Assembly (NCBI GenBank): GCA_027021705.1
Contig: JALUTT010000036.1
Span: 1 to 59,911, forward strand
Reading direction: 5' to 3'
Length of the DNA stretch: 59,911 nucleotides
DNA from: Anaerolineae bacterium
GTDB taxonomy: Bacteria > Chloroflexota > Anaerolineae > S140-20
Numbering within the stretch: the stretch's first letter is position 1; each line of letters starts with the position of its first letter. The translations under genes and the position numbers were made by a program. A model generated the notes under the pieces. That model had not been told where the DNA came from, searched no databases, and saw nothing but the letters and a program-made list of their open reading frames with translations. This document shows positions 38,226 to 47,955 of the stretch, piece by piece.

Positions 38226-39542
38226 ATGCGCATTGCAATTTTTGGATTGGGATATGTGGGGTCCGTTTCGTCCGCTTGCTTTGCCCAAGAGGGCCATCAG
38301 GTGATCGGCGTGGACATCAACCCGGTGAAGGTGGAGATGATCAACGCCGGGCAGAGCCCGATCATCGAGGCCCACCTGGATCGGATGATCCGGGAGGGGG
38401 CAAAGTCCGGTCGGCTGCGGGCTACGACCGACCCCTTTGAAGCGGTTCGGGCCAGTGACCTTTCCCTCATCTGTGTAGGCACCCCCAGCCGGGAGAACGG
38501 GAGCTTGGACCTGCGCTTCGTTGAGAACGTCTCCCGCCAGATCGGCGAGGCCCTGGCCGATCACCCGGACTACCACGTCGTGGCCGTCCGCAGCACCGTC
38601 CTGCCGGGCACCATCGAGGAGCACGTCATCCCGCTGTTGGAGTCCGGTTCCGGGCGTCGGGTCGGCGAGGGGTTTGGGGTCTGCGCCAATCCCGAGTTCC
38701 TGCGCGAGGGGAGCGCTGTCTATGACTTCTACAACCCTCCCTTCACCCTGATCGGTCAGTGGGACGAGCGCAGCGGTCGGCGGCTGGCTACCCTCTACGA
38801 GAGCCTCCAGGCTCCCATCGTGCACACCAACATCCGCGTGGCCGAGCTGGTCAAGTACGTCAGCAACGCCTTCCACGCCCTCAAGATCAGCTTCGCCAAC
38901 GAGATCGGCAACCTGGCCAAGGCGCTGGGGGTGGACAGCCACGAGGTGATGCGCATCTTCACGATGGACACCAAGCTCAACATCTCCCCTGCCTACCTGA
39001 AGCCGGGGTATGCCTACGGGGGCTCCTGCCTGCCCAAGGACCTGCGGGCGCTGCTCTACAAGGCACGCCAGGAGGACCTGCACCTGCCCGTTCTGGAGGC
39101 GCTCCCCCGCAGCAACGAACTCCAGGCCCGACGCGGGGTGGAGATGGTGATCCGGACAGGGAAGAAGCGGGTGGGCATCTTGGGCCTTAGCTTCAAGGCC
39201 GGCACCGACGACCTACGGGAGAGCCCGATGGTCTACCTGGTGGAGACCCTCCTGGGCAAAGGGTACGACATCCGCGTCTACGACGAGAACGTCTCCCTGG
39301 CCCGGCTCATCGGGGCCAACAAGCAGTACATCGAGACGGTCATTCCCCACATCTCCTCGCTGATGACGACCTCTCTGGAGGAGGTGCTGGAGCACGCCGA
39401 GGTGCTGGTCATCGGCAATAAAGCCCCCGTCTTCCGGGAGGTGCTCAACGGCCGGCGCGATGGACAGATCATCGTGGACCTGGTCCGCATCCAGGAGTCC
39501 CTGGAGGGGTTGGGCGACGAGTACCAGGGGATCTGTTGGTAG
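38226..39542 (+). CDS. GDP-mannose/UDP-glucose 6-dehydrogenase family protein (AlgD-like)
   Basis: FGLGYVG, ICVGTPS, NPEFLREG, YGGSCLPKD, GLSFKAGTDDLRESP, AlgD-type C-terminal GICW. Confidence 0.95.
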   Translation: MRIAIFGLGYVGSVSSACFAQEGHQVIGVDINPVKVEMINAGQSPIIEAHLDRMIREGAKSGRLRATTDPFEAVRASDLSLICVGTPSRENGSLDLRFVENVSRQIGEALADHPDYHVVAVRSTVLPGTIEEHVIPLLESGSGRRVGEGFGVCANPEFLREGSAVYDFYNPPFTLIGQWDERSGRRLATLYESLQAPIVHTNIRVAELVKYVSNAFHALKISFANEIGNLAKALGVDSHEVMRIFTMDTKLNISPAYLKPGYAYGGSCLPKDLRALLYKARQEDLHLPVLEALPRSNELQARRGVEMVIRTGKKRVGILGLSFKAGTDDLRESPMVYLVETLLGKGYDIRVYDENVSLARLIGANKQYIETVIPHISSLMTTSLEEVLEHAEVLVIGNKAPVFREVLNGRRDGQIIVDLVRIQESLEGLGDEYQGICW

Positions 39543-39643
39543 CGGGGAAGAACTAAGCCGGGCAGCTTTCTATGCTGCCCGGCGTCCTTCCGCGTCTTGC
39601 CGTAGGGCGGGCTTCCATACGCCTGCCCTTCCGATTTCTAGCT

Positions 39644-40936
39644 TCAAGGAGCGCGGACGAGGCGGTTGCGGGCCATCTCCGCCGCCGCCTCTCGCAGGGT
39701 CACGATGGCTGCAACGCCGGCCACCACCGTTACCCCACCGGCCATCATAAAGACGGCCTCCACGCTGTTCACCACCTTGGCCATCAGGCCGGCCAATCCC
39801 TGGGCCAGCGTGGTGGAGATGGCGATGGTCATATTGACCGCCGCTTGGACTCGTCCCAACATCTCGTCAGGGACCAACGCTTGGGTGAAGGTGTCCAGCG
39901 CCGCGCGGGCGATCACCAGGCAGAGGCCGATGAGGGCGGTGGTGAGGAGGACGACGGCGTAGTTGGCCGCTGCAGCGAAGGCGATGATGGCCAGCCCCAC
40001 GATGACCAGGGAGCCTCCCACCAGCACGTTGGCCGGCATCCGTCCCGCCAGCCGGCTCAACACCACCCCCCCGATCAGGATGCCAACCCCCATCATCGAG
40101 ACCGCGTACCCAAACCCCTCGGCCTGGACGTTCAGGCGGATGTTCAGGTAGCTCAGCCCCAGGACGATAATGGCTCCGATCCCCAGCATCGCGATAGCCG
40201 TGATGATGAGGACGATGGTCAGGTCACGCCGCTGCCGGATGAAGGTGATGCCGGCCCGGATCTCCTCCCAGATCTCCCGAGGGCTGGGCCGTCCCTGGTG
40301 GTTCTCCGTCGTCGGCGGAGGGATGCGCATCACGGAAACCGCCATCGCCGAGAGGAAGAAGGTGGCGCTGTCGAAGAGGATGGCGAAGGCCGTCCCCAAC
40401 AGCCCCACCAGGATGCCCGCCAGCGCGGATCCGATGACCAGGGCGATGATGTAGCTCACCTGCATCAGGGCGTTGGCCGTCAGCAACTGGCCTTCACCGA
40501 TGATGCCGGGTAGGGCGGCGTTGCGGGCCGGGTAGAAGAAGACGGAGACCATCTCCAGCACCACCGCCGTCACGTAGATGATCCAGAAGTGGGATGGGCT
40601 GTCCACCAGGAGCACCGGGAGCACCAGGAGGCCGCGCAGCAGGTCGGCGATGATCATCACGTGCTTGCGGTCGAAGCGGTCGGCCGCTGCGCCGCCCAGT
40701 AGGCCAAAGGCGACCTGAGAGCCGGTGACGGAGAGGGCCAGAAAGGTGATGGCCAGTGGATCGTCCGTCATCTGGCCGATGATCGCCAGCACCGCCACGA
40801 AGCGGAAGCGATCGCCGACCTGGGAGAGGAGCTGACCGGACCAGAGGGCCACAAAGCTGGGGTTGCGCAGCAGGCCCAGCACCACCTGCCGCCGCTCATC
40901 CCTGGGCAGCGGGATGGAAGGGGACGAATCGCTCAT
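39644..40936 (-). CDS. MFS transporter
   Basis: About 12 hydrophobic segments; motif A GAAADRFDRK. Confidence 0.92.
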   Translation of the reverse strand: MSDSSPSIPLPRDERRQVVLGLLRNPSFVALWSGQLLSQVGDRFRFVAVLAIIGQMTDDPLAITFLALSVTGSQVAFGLLGGAAADRFDRKHVMIIADLLRGLLVLPVLLVDSPSHFWIIYVTAVVLEMVSVFFYPARNAALPGIIGEGQLLTANALMQVSYIIALVIGSALAGILVGLLGTAFAILFDSATFFLSAMAVSVMRIPPPTTENHQGRPSPREIWEEIRAGITFIRQRRDLTIVLIITAIAMLGIGAIIVLGLSYLNIRLNVQAEGFGYAVSMMGVGILIGGVVLSRLAGRMPANVLVGGSLVIVGLAIIAFAAAANYAVVLLTTALIGLCLVIARAALDTFTQALVPDEMLGRVQAAVNMTIAISTTLAQGLAGLMAKVVNSVEAVFMMAGGVTVVAGVAAIVTLREAAAEMARNRLVRAP

Positions 40937-42102
40937 AGCGGCTTCTCGTAGATGCGATAGGTCTTGTAGACCTTCCCGCCCAGGAAGCGGATGGCCCGGT
41001 TCATCATCTCGTTCGTCTCCAGAATCCAGGACATCTCTGCCCAGGTGTACCCCTTGCGCAGCGCCTCCTGGATGGTCTCGTAGTACATCAGCGCGTCTAC
41101 GCCTCGCCCCCGGTAGGGTTCCAGGACACCTAGGATGAGGACACGGCATCCATCCACTTTGGGGCGCACTTTGTAGTGCCAGAAGAAGCGAAGCAGGGTC
41201 CAGAACTCGGGGACACCGGGGCGGGGGTAGGCCCGATGCAGAGCCTGGTTGACATCTGGCAGGGTCAGGGAGAGGCCCACCGGATCACCCTGGGGCGTTT
41301 CCACTAGGAAAACCAGGTCGGGGTCTACGATCTGGAGCAGCCCCTTGGCCAGGTGCTCGATCTCGGCGTCGGTCATCGCCACCGCCCCCCAGTTCTTCTC
41401 CCAGGCCGTGTTGTAGATGTACTTGATCCGATCCACCTCCTCCCGCCAGCGGCGCTTCTCCAGCTTGCGGATGCGGAACTTGCCCGACCGCTTCACCGCA
41501 TTCACGACCCGCTGGAGCTTGCGGGGTACTTCGATGCTCCCGTCAGGTCTGAGGTAGGCCGAGGCGTCTATGTAGTAGGCCCACAGGTCCATCGCCTTCT
41601 GGAAGCCAAAGCCCTCGGTGAACTCGACGTAGTAGGGTGGGTTGTAGGTCATCATCACCACCGGGGGGCGGTCAAAGCCCTCCACCAGCATGCCGTACTC
41701 GTCGTTGACAGAGGGGTTGGCCGGTCCCCGGATGGTGTCCATCCCCTGGGCGCAGAGCCAGTCACCGGCGGCCTGAAAGAGGGCGTGGGCGGCCTCTTCG
41801 TCGGGCATCACCTCGAAGAAGCCGAAGAAGCCGATCCGGTCGTGATGAGTTCGGTTGTGGTTCTCGTTGACGATGGCGGCGATGGTGCCTACCGGCCTGT
41901 CATCCCGCCAGGCGATGAATCGCTCGCAGCGGCTGTGCTCCCAGAAGGGGTTCTTGCGGGGGTCGAAGACCTCGTACTGCATCGAGAGTAGAGGGGGTAC
42001 CCAGTTGGGGTCATCTCTGTAGACCTGCCAGGGGAATGTGGCGAACTGCTTCTCGTCTGCCCGGCTGTGCACGGGCCGGACCTCCAGGGACGATGGAGCC
42101 AT
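40933..42102 (-). CDS. GNAT family N-acetyltransferase (YghO-like)
   Basis: Y.DDPNWVPPL, GFFGFFE, YNPPYY, EMSWILETN, YKTYRIY. Confidence 0.88.
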   Translation of the reverse strand: MAPSSLEVRPVHSRADEKQFATFPWQVYRDDPNWVPPLLSMQYEVFDPRKNPFWEHSRCERFIAWRDDRPVGTIAAIVNENHNRTHHDRIGFFGFFEVMPDEEAAHALFQAAGDWLCAQGMDTIRGPANPSVNDEYGMLVEGFDRPPVVMMTYNPPYYVEFTEGFGFQKAMDLWAYYIDASAYLRPDGSIEVPRKLQRVVNAVKRSGKFRIRKLEKRRWREEVDRIKYIYNTAWEKNWGAVAMTDAEIEHLAKGLLQIVDPDLVFLVETPQGDPVGLSLTLPDVNQALHRAYPRPGVPEFWTLLRFFWHYKVRPKVDGCRVLILGVLEPYRGRGVDALMYYETIQEALRKGYTWAEMSWILETNEMMNRAIRFLGGKVYKTYRIYEKPL

Positions 42103-42186
42103 TGCAGATCCCTCCCTCCTGTTCGGACGCTCGTCGAACCCGACGGAGCGATTATACAGCATTCTGCCTAAATGTCCAACGGACAC

Positions 42187-42219
42187 AAAAAAGCGGGGTC
42201 AGCTAGGACCGACCCCGCT
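42187..42219 (-). terminator. Intrinsic terminator downstream of ssb
   Basis: AGCGGGGTC...GACCCCGCT followed by a T run. Confidence 0.8.
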
Positions 42220-42370
42220 CTTGGGCAGAGGCTACACCCCCATCCCTTCACCAAGCCCCTGAGCGCTCAGGGGAACCCCGAGAGGGACGAGGAAGCTCAG
42301 AACTTCGTGCCTCTGGTGATCTTCTCAGGTGTCCCCCGGTGTTTCTTCGAAGGAAGTTCCTGGAGGGAGG

Positions 42371-42793
42371 CTAGAAGGGCACGGCCTCCTCAGGCACCGG
42401 TGGCTCATCCACCCCCGGTTCGCCCATCGTGGTGGACGGGACCTCACCCCGTCCGCCGAGGAACTTCACCGCCAGCGCTGTCAGTTCGTAGGACGCCCGG
42501 GGTTTCCCATCCTGGCCGGTCCAGATTCGTGGCCCCCCGGTCTCGGGGTCCGGGTTCATCCGCCCTTCGATCAGAACAGCACGCCCTTTGCTCAGATATT
42601 CGTTGCAGATCTCGGCAGTGCGGCCCCAAGCTGTAACCCGCCACCAGGTTGTGCGCTCCTGTTGCTGGCCATCTTGATCGGTCCATCGTTCGTTGGTGGC
42701 GACGGTGAATGTAGTCACGGCCCGCCCGCTGGGGGTGTAGCGCATCTCGGGGTCGCGCCCCAAATTGCCGGCGATGATGACTTTTTGAAACAT
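42371..42793 (-). CDS. ssb: Single-stranded DNA-binding protein
   Basis: KVIIAGNLGRDPEMRYTPSG; acidic tail ending VPF. Confidence 0.96.
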   Translation of the reverse strand: MFQKVIIAGNLGRDPEMRYTPSGRAVTTFTVATNERWTDQDGQQQERTTWWRVTAWGRTAEICNEYLSKGRAVLIEGRMNPDPETGGPRIWTGQDGKPRASYELTALAVKFLGGRGEVPSTTMGEPGVDEPPVPEEAVPF

Positions 42794-42837
42794 CGGTTTC
42801 CCTCCTTCCGCCGTGGGTGGTCTGAGCCCTGCAGGCC

Positions 42838-42895
42838 GAACAAATGTACCAAACGCGCTAGCCTATAGTTTACCGCAGAGCGGGGCTTCTGTCAA
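42838..42895 (-). promoter_or_regulatory. ssb promoter with a downstream LexA-like box
   Basis: TTGACA-17 nt-TAAACT; GAAC-AAAT-GTAC at 42838-42849. Confidence 0.6.
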
Positions 42896-42908
42896 CTTGA
42901 ACGAGCGA

Positions 42909-43063
42909 GGTGATTACCCGTGTTCTTTTGGAGATAGGGAGACTAGCCGTCCACGAATGGGGCACGAATACACGAATTAAGGACCGCCTCATTCGTGCAT
43001 TTGTGAGAAATTCGTGGACGGCCTGCTACGGACCACTCTCTCGCTCACTTGTGGGTAATCACC
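42909..43063. mobile_element. MITE with TIR GGTGATTACCC
   Basis: Same TIR core as the 18175 element; flanking direct repeat GAACGAGC(GA); different interior. Confidence 0.75.
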
Positions 43064-43085
43064 GGGAACGAGCGAGGACCGCTGT

Positions 43086-44594
43086 TCATTGGAGCTGGTA
43101 CAGCTCCCCGTACTTCGTCCTCAGGTACCGGATATAGGGCTCGATGGTCAGGGGACTACCGGTGACCCGTTCGATCAATTCAGCGGGCATGTACTTGCGC
43201 CCATGCTGGTAGATGTGCTCCTTCAGCCAGGCGTGCAGGGTGCCGAACTCCCCCTGTTCTATCTCGGCGGGGATCTCAGGATGGGCTTGCAAAGCGGCCT
43301 CGAAGAATTGGGCGCTTATGATGTTGCCGAGGGTGTAGCCCTGGAACGCGCCGCCGATGACCCCACTGTACCAGTGGACGTCCTGGAGGACGCCGTCCCG
43401 GTCGTCCGGCGGAGCGATGCCCAGGTCGGCCTCGTAGCGCTCCCGCCAGGCTTCAGGCAGGTCCCGCACGGTCAACTGGCCCTCCAGCAGGGCCAGTTCC
43501 AGCTCGAAGCGGATGATCACGTGCAGGTTGTAGGTCACTTCGTCGGCGTCGGTGCGGATCAGCGAACGTTCGACCTTGTTGATGGCTTGGTAGAAGGTCT
43601 CCAGCGAGACGCTGCCCAACTGGTCGGGGAAGACGGCCTGGAGGCGGGGGTAGAAGGAGCGCCAGAAGCTGAGGCTGCGTCCGACCAGGTTCTCCCACAG
43701 GCGGGACTGGCTCTCGTGGATGCCGGATGAGGCCCCGCGGGCCAAGGGGGTGCCTTCGTACTCTGTGCGGATCCCCTGTTCGTAGAGGGCGTGGCCGGCC
43801 TCGTGCATCGTGCTGAAGAGGGCCTCACCCAGGTCGTTCTCCTTGACCCGCGTTGTGATCCGCACGTCGCCCAAGGAGAACTTGGTCATGTAGGGATGGT
43901 GGGTCTTGTCCTGCCGCCCCCGCCGAAAATCGTAGCCGAAGCGCCGGATCACCTCCTGACCGAAGGCCAGTTGCTGGGCCTCGGGAAAGGCCTGATGCAG
44001 GCAGGAGTCATCGGCCGGCGGCTGGGCGGTGATGGCCTGGACGATGGGGGCGAGCTGCTGCCGCAGTTCGGCGAAGAGGGTGCTCACCGCCGAGGCCGTC
44101 ATCCCAGGGTCGGAGAAGTCAATCAGCGGATCGGCGATGTGCTCGTAGCCGGGGAAGAAGTTGGCCAACTGTCGGCTCAGGTCCAGTGTCTTCTCCAGGT
44201 AGGGCTGCACAGCGGCGAAGTCGTTGGCCGGTCGCGCCTTGGCCCAGACCTCGTAGGTGGCGGCGATGTGGCTGGAGAGCTCCGCCATAAAGGCGGGAGG
44301 TACCTTGATCGCCTTCTCGTAGTCCCGCCGGGTCACTCGGATGAGGCTGGCGTCGTCGGAGTCGTAGGGCAGGCTTTCCTCGTAGAGGCGCAGGTCGTCC
44401 AGAAGCTTGCCGATGGCCGGATCGGTGAACTTCTCGTGGGCCAGCCGCCGCAGCGTGGCGATCTGCCGGGCGCGGGCCGGTGCCCCTCCGGGCGGCATAT
44501 AGGTCGTCTGATCCCAGTACAACAGCGCGGCCGCTGCGTTGAGATCGCTGACTTCGAGGAGACGGGCTCTCAGCTCTTTCAGCTTGGCTTCCAC
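43086..44594 (-). CDS. Carboxypeptidase, M32 (Taq) family
   Basis: HEAGHALYEQ, HESQSRLWEN, IRTDADE, GVLQDVHW. Confidence 0.96.
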   Translation of the reverse strand: MEAKLKELRARLLEVSDLNAAAALLYWDQTTYMPPGGAPARARQIATLRRLAHEKFTDPAIGKLLDDLRLYEESLPYDSDDASLIRVTRRDYEKAIKVPPAFMAELSSHIAATYEVWAKARPANDFAAVQPYLEKTLDLSRQLANFFPGYEHIADPLIDFSDPGMTASAVSTLFAELRQQLAPIVQAITAQPPADDSCLHQAFPEAQQLAFGQEVIRRFGYDFRRGRQDKTHHPYMTKFSLGDVRITTRVKENDLGEALFSTMHEAGHALYEQGIRTEYEGTPLARGASSGIHESQSRLWENLVGRSLSFWRSFYPRLQAVFPDQLGSVSLETFYQAINKVERSLIRTDADEVTYNLHVIIRFELELALLEGQLTVRDLPEAWRERYEADLGIAPPDDRDGVLQDVHWYSGVIGGAFQGYTLGNIISAQFFEAALQAHPEIPAEIEQGEFGTLHAWLKEHIYQHGRKYMPAELIERVTGSPLTIEPYIRYLRTKYGELYQLQ

Positions 44595-44822
44595 AGGCTT
44601 CCCTCCTTTAGTCGAGTTGCTCGATGGCTCTAACGAAATGTTAACGTTGGACTAACCGATCTCTCATACAAGGATGGTATACTGACGCTCCCGCAGGCGG
44701 GCGAGGTCGGGCCTGCGGGAGGATTGCGGGCAACCAACGAACTGGTAATCAACTTGTAACCCTGATAGGCGCATCTTTGATTTAAGATGAGCACGGAAGT
44801 ACTGGCAAAGGAGGTTTGTGGC

Positions 44823-44987
44823 GTGATGAAGCGGCTCAAGCGATTCTTCCAGTGGATCCGTGTGTCAGATGTCGTGGCGGTGACCTTTACTTGGATGGGA
44901 GCTGGCGCGGCTTGGATGGGAGATTGGGGTCTCTGTGCTCTCTTCCTGGCAGCCGGCGCCGTTTCTCTCTGGGCGGGTGGTTTGTAG
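44823..44987 (+). CDS. Small hydrophobic membrane protein
   Basis: AAGGAGG RBS, GTG/ATG start, two short hydrophobic segments, upstream extended -10. Confidence 0.5.
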   Translation: MMKRLKRFFQWIRVSDVVAVTFTWMGAGAAWMGDWGLCALFLAAGAVSLWAGGL

Positions 44988-45002
44988 CGTCTCCAAAAGC
45001 GC

Positions 45003-47774
45003 TCAGCGGAGCGCTGCCTGAAGTACCGCTATCCCCACTTGAACAGCCTGGCGCGGTCCCTCTTCTCCCCCGTGCTCCAGGAGAACCGCAATGGCATAGC
45101 GAGGTGCCCCGGCTGGGGCGTAGCCGATGAACCAGGCATGGGGCGGACGGTTGGCTCCCGCAACGGCGATGCTGCCATGGCCGACCACCTTCCCCTCTCC
45201 CCAACGGGGCATCACCGACCGTAGTCTGGACACAGGTGCCGGGCGCAGAACGCGCACCGGTTTTCCTCTGGCCCCTTCCCAGGGTTGCATCTGTCCCGTC
45301 AGGTCCTCCACCTCCAGCACCAGGCGGGGGGCTGGTCTTTCGCCGTCCCTGGCAATGGTGGCGGCCACCAGGACCATTTGTAGAGGGGTGACGGTCAGGT
45401 CTCCCTGGCCCAGCACTGCTCGGGCCAGCCCTTCAGGGCTCTTCAGGCGGGTGGGATCGAAGCGTCCGGCCTCTGTAGGCACCTCCAGGGGAGGAGGCTG
45501 GTTCAACCCCCAGCGGACAAAGGCGGTTGCCACCCGTTGGACTCCCATCTGCTCGCCCAGGGCCAGGAAGGGGGCGGGGCAGTTGGCCTCGTAGGCTTGG
45601 GCCAGGGGAGCGACCGTCGGGATCCCTCCCGGTGGCTGACAGGTGAGGACCAGGTCGTCCAGCCGGACGGCCTGGGTTGCGTTTTCCAGCAGAGCGTCAG
45701 GATCGGCCAACCTTGCCGCGATGCCTTCGGCCAAGAGGAGGCTCTCCAACACGCCCCCCGGTTGATAGAGCCCCTGGGTCACCCGGTTCAGGAGCGGGGC
45801 CATCGGGTCCTGACTCAGCGCCTCCCACGTTTCATCCAGTTGGTTGGGATCGAAGGTGGGATGGCTGACCATCACCAGGAGATCGCCGTTCGTGATGTCT
45901 ATCAGGACGACGGCCCCGACCTGCTTCCCTAGGGCGTTGTCAGCGACCTGCTGGAGCGACACGTCCAGGGTCAGGCGCACATCCCGCCCCACCGGCACCC
46001 GGTGCATTAGCCTCTCCAACCAGCCCTCCCAGTCCACCTCCTCGCGGGTTCCCCGCAGCACCTCGTCAAAGGCGGCCTCGATCCCGCCCACGCCGTGGCG
46101 CAGGCTGTAGTAGCCGACGACCGGCGCGGCGACCGGATAGGGATAGCGCCGTTGGTGGGCCTCCGGTGGCCCCACCGTCTCGGCCAGGACAACCCCCTGC
46201 CGATCCAGGATGCGTCCCCGCTGGATGCGCCGTTCTGCGATCAGCCGGCGGGGGTTGTCCTCCCGCGCCTGGAGGGATGGTCCTCGCCAGAGGCCCCAAT
46301 ATCCCCCGCTAGCCCCCACCAGGAGGAAACCGACCAGCATCAGCCCCCCGACCCGACGGATGGCCGACGGGCGGGCCAGGGGGCGGAGCCGTTGGTTGGC
46401 ACTTATGGGCTTCCTCTCCGGAGCTTCGACCGCCAGCCCGTTCTCGTGGGAGATGGCCAGCAGCAGACCCAGGGTCAGGAAGCTGCTCAGAAGAGAGCTG
46501 CCGCCGTAGCTGATGAAGGGAAGCGTCACACCGGTCAGGGGGATCAGCTTCAGCGTGCCCGCCATGATCGTCCACGCCTGCAACCCCAGCATCGTGGCCA
46601 GGCCGGCAGCCAGCAGTTGTTGAAAGCCGGTGCGGGCTCGCAGGGCCATGCGATAGCCCCGGAGCGTCAGCAGGGCGTAGAGGGCGACGGCGGCCAGTAC
46701 CCCCAGCAGGCCGAACTCCTCGCCGATGGCGGCGAAGGGGAAGTCGGTGTGAATGGCCGGAATGTAGGGGGTCGGATAGCCCAGCCCTAGCCCTTGGCCC
46801 AGGAGCCCGCCGGCGGCGAAGGCCAGCAGGGACTGAACGATCTGGTAAGCCCGGCCTCCGGCCTCTGACCAGGGGTCCAGCCAGATGTCCACCCGCAGCG
46901 CTACCCGGCCTGACAGGCGGTAGGCGATGGCCGCGCCGATGACGAAGAGGGTCAGCCCTAGCAGGATGTCCCCACCCCGCCCACCGGCCAGGTAGAGCAT
47001 CACCAGGAAGGTGAAGAAGAAGAGCAGAGCGGCCCCCAGGTCCTGCTGCCAGGCCAGGAGCACCATCGCCAGCCCCCACATCGCCAGCAGAGGGACCAGG
47101 TAGGGGAGGACGGGCGAGGCGGGAGGCCGCGCCGTGCGCCTCCAAGGAGGGGGCTGGGAGAGGGAGCCCACCGGCCAGGTCTCTGGGTAGAGGAGCGCCC
47201 GTTTCTCGGCCAGGTAGGCGGCCAGATAGACGATCATCAGCAGCTTGAGGGGCTCCGAGGGCTGGAAGTAGAGGGGACCCAAGCGGAGCCAGAGCCGGGG
47301 GCCCTGACCGGAGGGGTTGGCCCCAAAGACCAACGTCGCTGCCAGGAGGGCCAGCCCTCCCAGGAGCCAGGTGTACTTGAAGCGCCGCAGCCAGCTCAGG
47401 CCAGGGACCCGCCCCTGGGGTCGGGAGAGGAGCCCCACCAGGATCAAGGTCGCCGTCCCGATGACCATCCAGATGATCTGGCGAGAGAGAAAGCCGGGGG
47501 CCAGCCGGGCGATGAGCAGCAATCCCCATCCCATCAGCAATCCGGCCGCCGGCAGGAGCAGCGGGTCCCGGTAGGGCAGGATGTAAGTGAAGGCGAGATG
47601 GGCGGTGGTGAAGCAGAGGAGCCAGCTCGCCAGGATGGCGAGCAGTGCTGGACGCTCCAGCGCCGGGCGCGCCAGCCCCAGTAGAACGTCACCAACCAGG
47701 ACGAAGGCGGCAGCGAGGAGCAACAGGTTGCGCTCTTGCCAAGTAGTCAGGTGGTCGTTTGGTCGAGTGGTCAT
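45003..47774 (-). CDS. FtsW/RodA (SEDS) protein fused to a PBP transpeptidase-fold domain with degenerate active-site motifs
   Basis: FQPSE..K, QQDLG, HTDF, TGVTLPFISYGGSS; then RGRILDR.G, RRYPY, G.DVRLTLD, NRVTQGLYQPG, HAWFIGYAP; exact start uncertain. Confidence 0.9.
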   Translation of the reverse strand: MTTRPNDHLTTWQERNLLLLAAAFVLVGDVLLGLARPALERPALLAILASWLLCFTTAHLAFTYILPYRDPLLLPAAGLLMGWGLLLIARLAPGFLSRQIIWMVIGTATLILVGLLSRPQGRVPGLSWLRRFKYTWLLGGLALLAATLVFGANPSGQGPRLWLRLGPLYFQPSEPLKLLMIVYLAAYLAEKRALLYPETWPVGSLSQPPPWRRTARPPASPVLPYLVPLLAMWGLAMVLLAWQQDLGAALLFFFTFLVMLYLAGGRGGDILLGLTLFVIGAAIAYRLSGRVALRVDIWLDPWSEAGGRAYQIVQSLLAFAAGGLLGQGLGLGYPTPYIPAIHTDFPFAAIGEEFGLLGVLAAVALYALLTLRGYRMALRARTGFQQLLAAGLATMLGLQAWTIMAGTLKLIPLTGVTLPFISYGGSSLLSSFLTLGLLLAISHENGLAVEAPERKPISANQRLRPLARPSAIRRVGGLMLVGFLLVGASGGYWGLWRGPSLQAREDNPRRLIAERRIQRGRILDRQGVVLAETVGPPEAHQRRYPYPVAAPVVGYYSLRHGVGGIEAAFDEVLRGTREEVDWEGWLERLMHRVPVGRDVRLTLDVSLQQVADNALGKQVGAVVLIDITNGDLLVMVSHPTFDPNQLDETWEALSQDPMAPLLNRVTQGLYQPGGVLESLLLAEGIAARLADPDALLENATQAVRLDDLVLTCQPPGGIPTVAPLAQAYEANCPAPFLALGEQMGVQRVATAFVRWGLNQPPPLEVPTEAGRFDPTRLKSPEGLARAVLGQGDLTVTPLQMVLVAATIARDGERPAPRLVLEVEDLTGQMQPWEGARGKPVRVLRPAPVSRLRSVMPRWGEGKVVGHGSIAVAGANRPPHAWFIGYAPAGAPRYAIAVLLEHGGEEGPRQAVQVGIAVLQAALR

Positions 47775-47953
47775 TCGGTCATTTGGTCGCTTGGTCGGGT
47801 GGTCGTTTGGTTGCTTGATCCCTGCCCCTTGCCCCTTGTCCCTTGCCCCCTGCTCCTTGCCCCTTGTCCCTTGCCCCCTGCCTCTTGCCTCTTACCCCTT
47901 GCTCCTTGCTCCTCGATCAGCGGTCGGCCGTCTGCCGTCTGCCGTCGGCCGTC
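47742..47953. repeat. Mixed 8-mer (TGGTCNNN) and 7-mer (CCTTGCC, GCCGTCN) tandem tract between mtnP and the SEDS fusion
   Basis: Read directly; same unit families as 17476-17673 and 1-60. Confidence 0.9.
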
Positions 47954-47955
47954 CT

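Noticed and set aside
42230..42365. Glycine riboswitch-like words (CCTCTGG, TCTCAGG)
   Set aside because: Spacing and other conserved elements are absent; it lies in the ssb 3' region and looks REP-like
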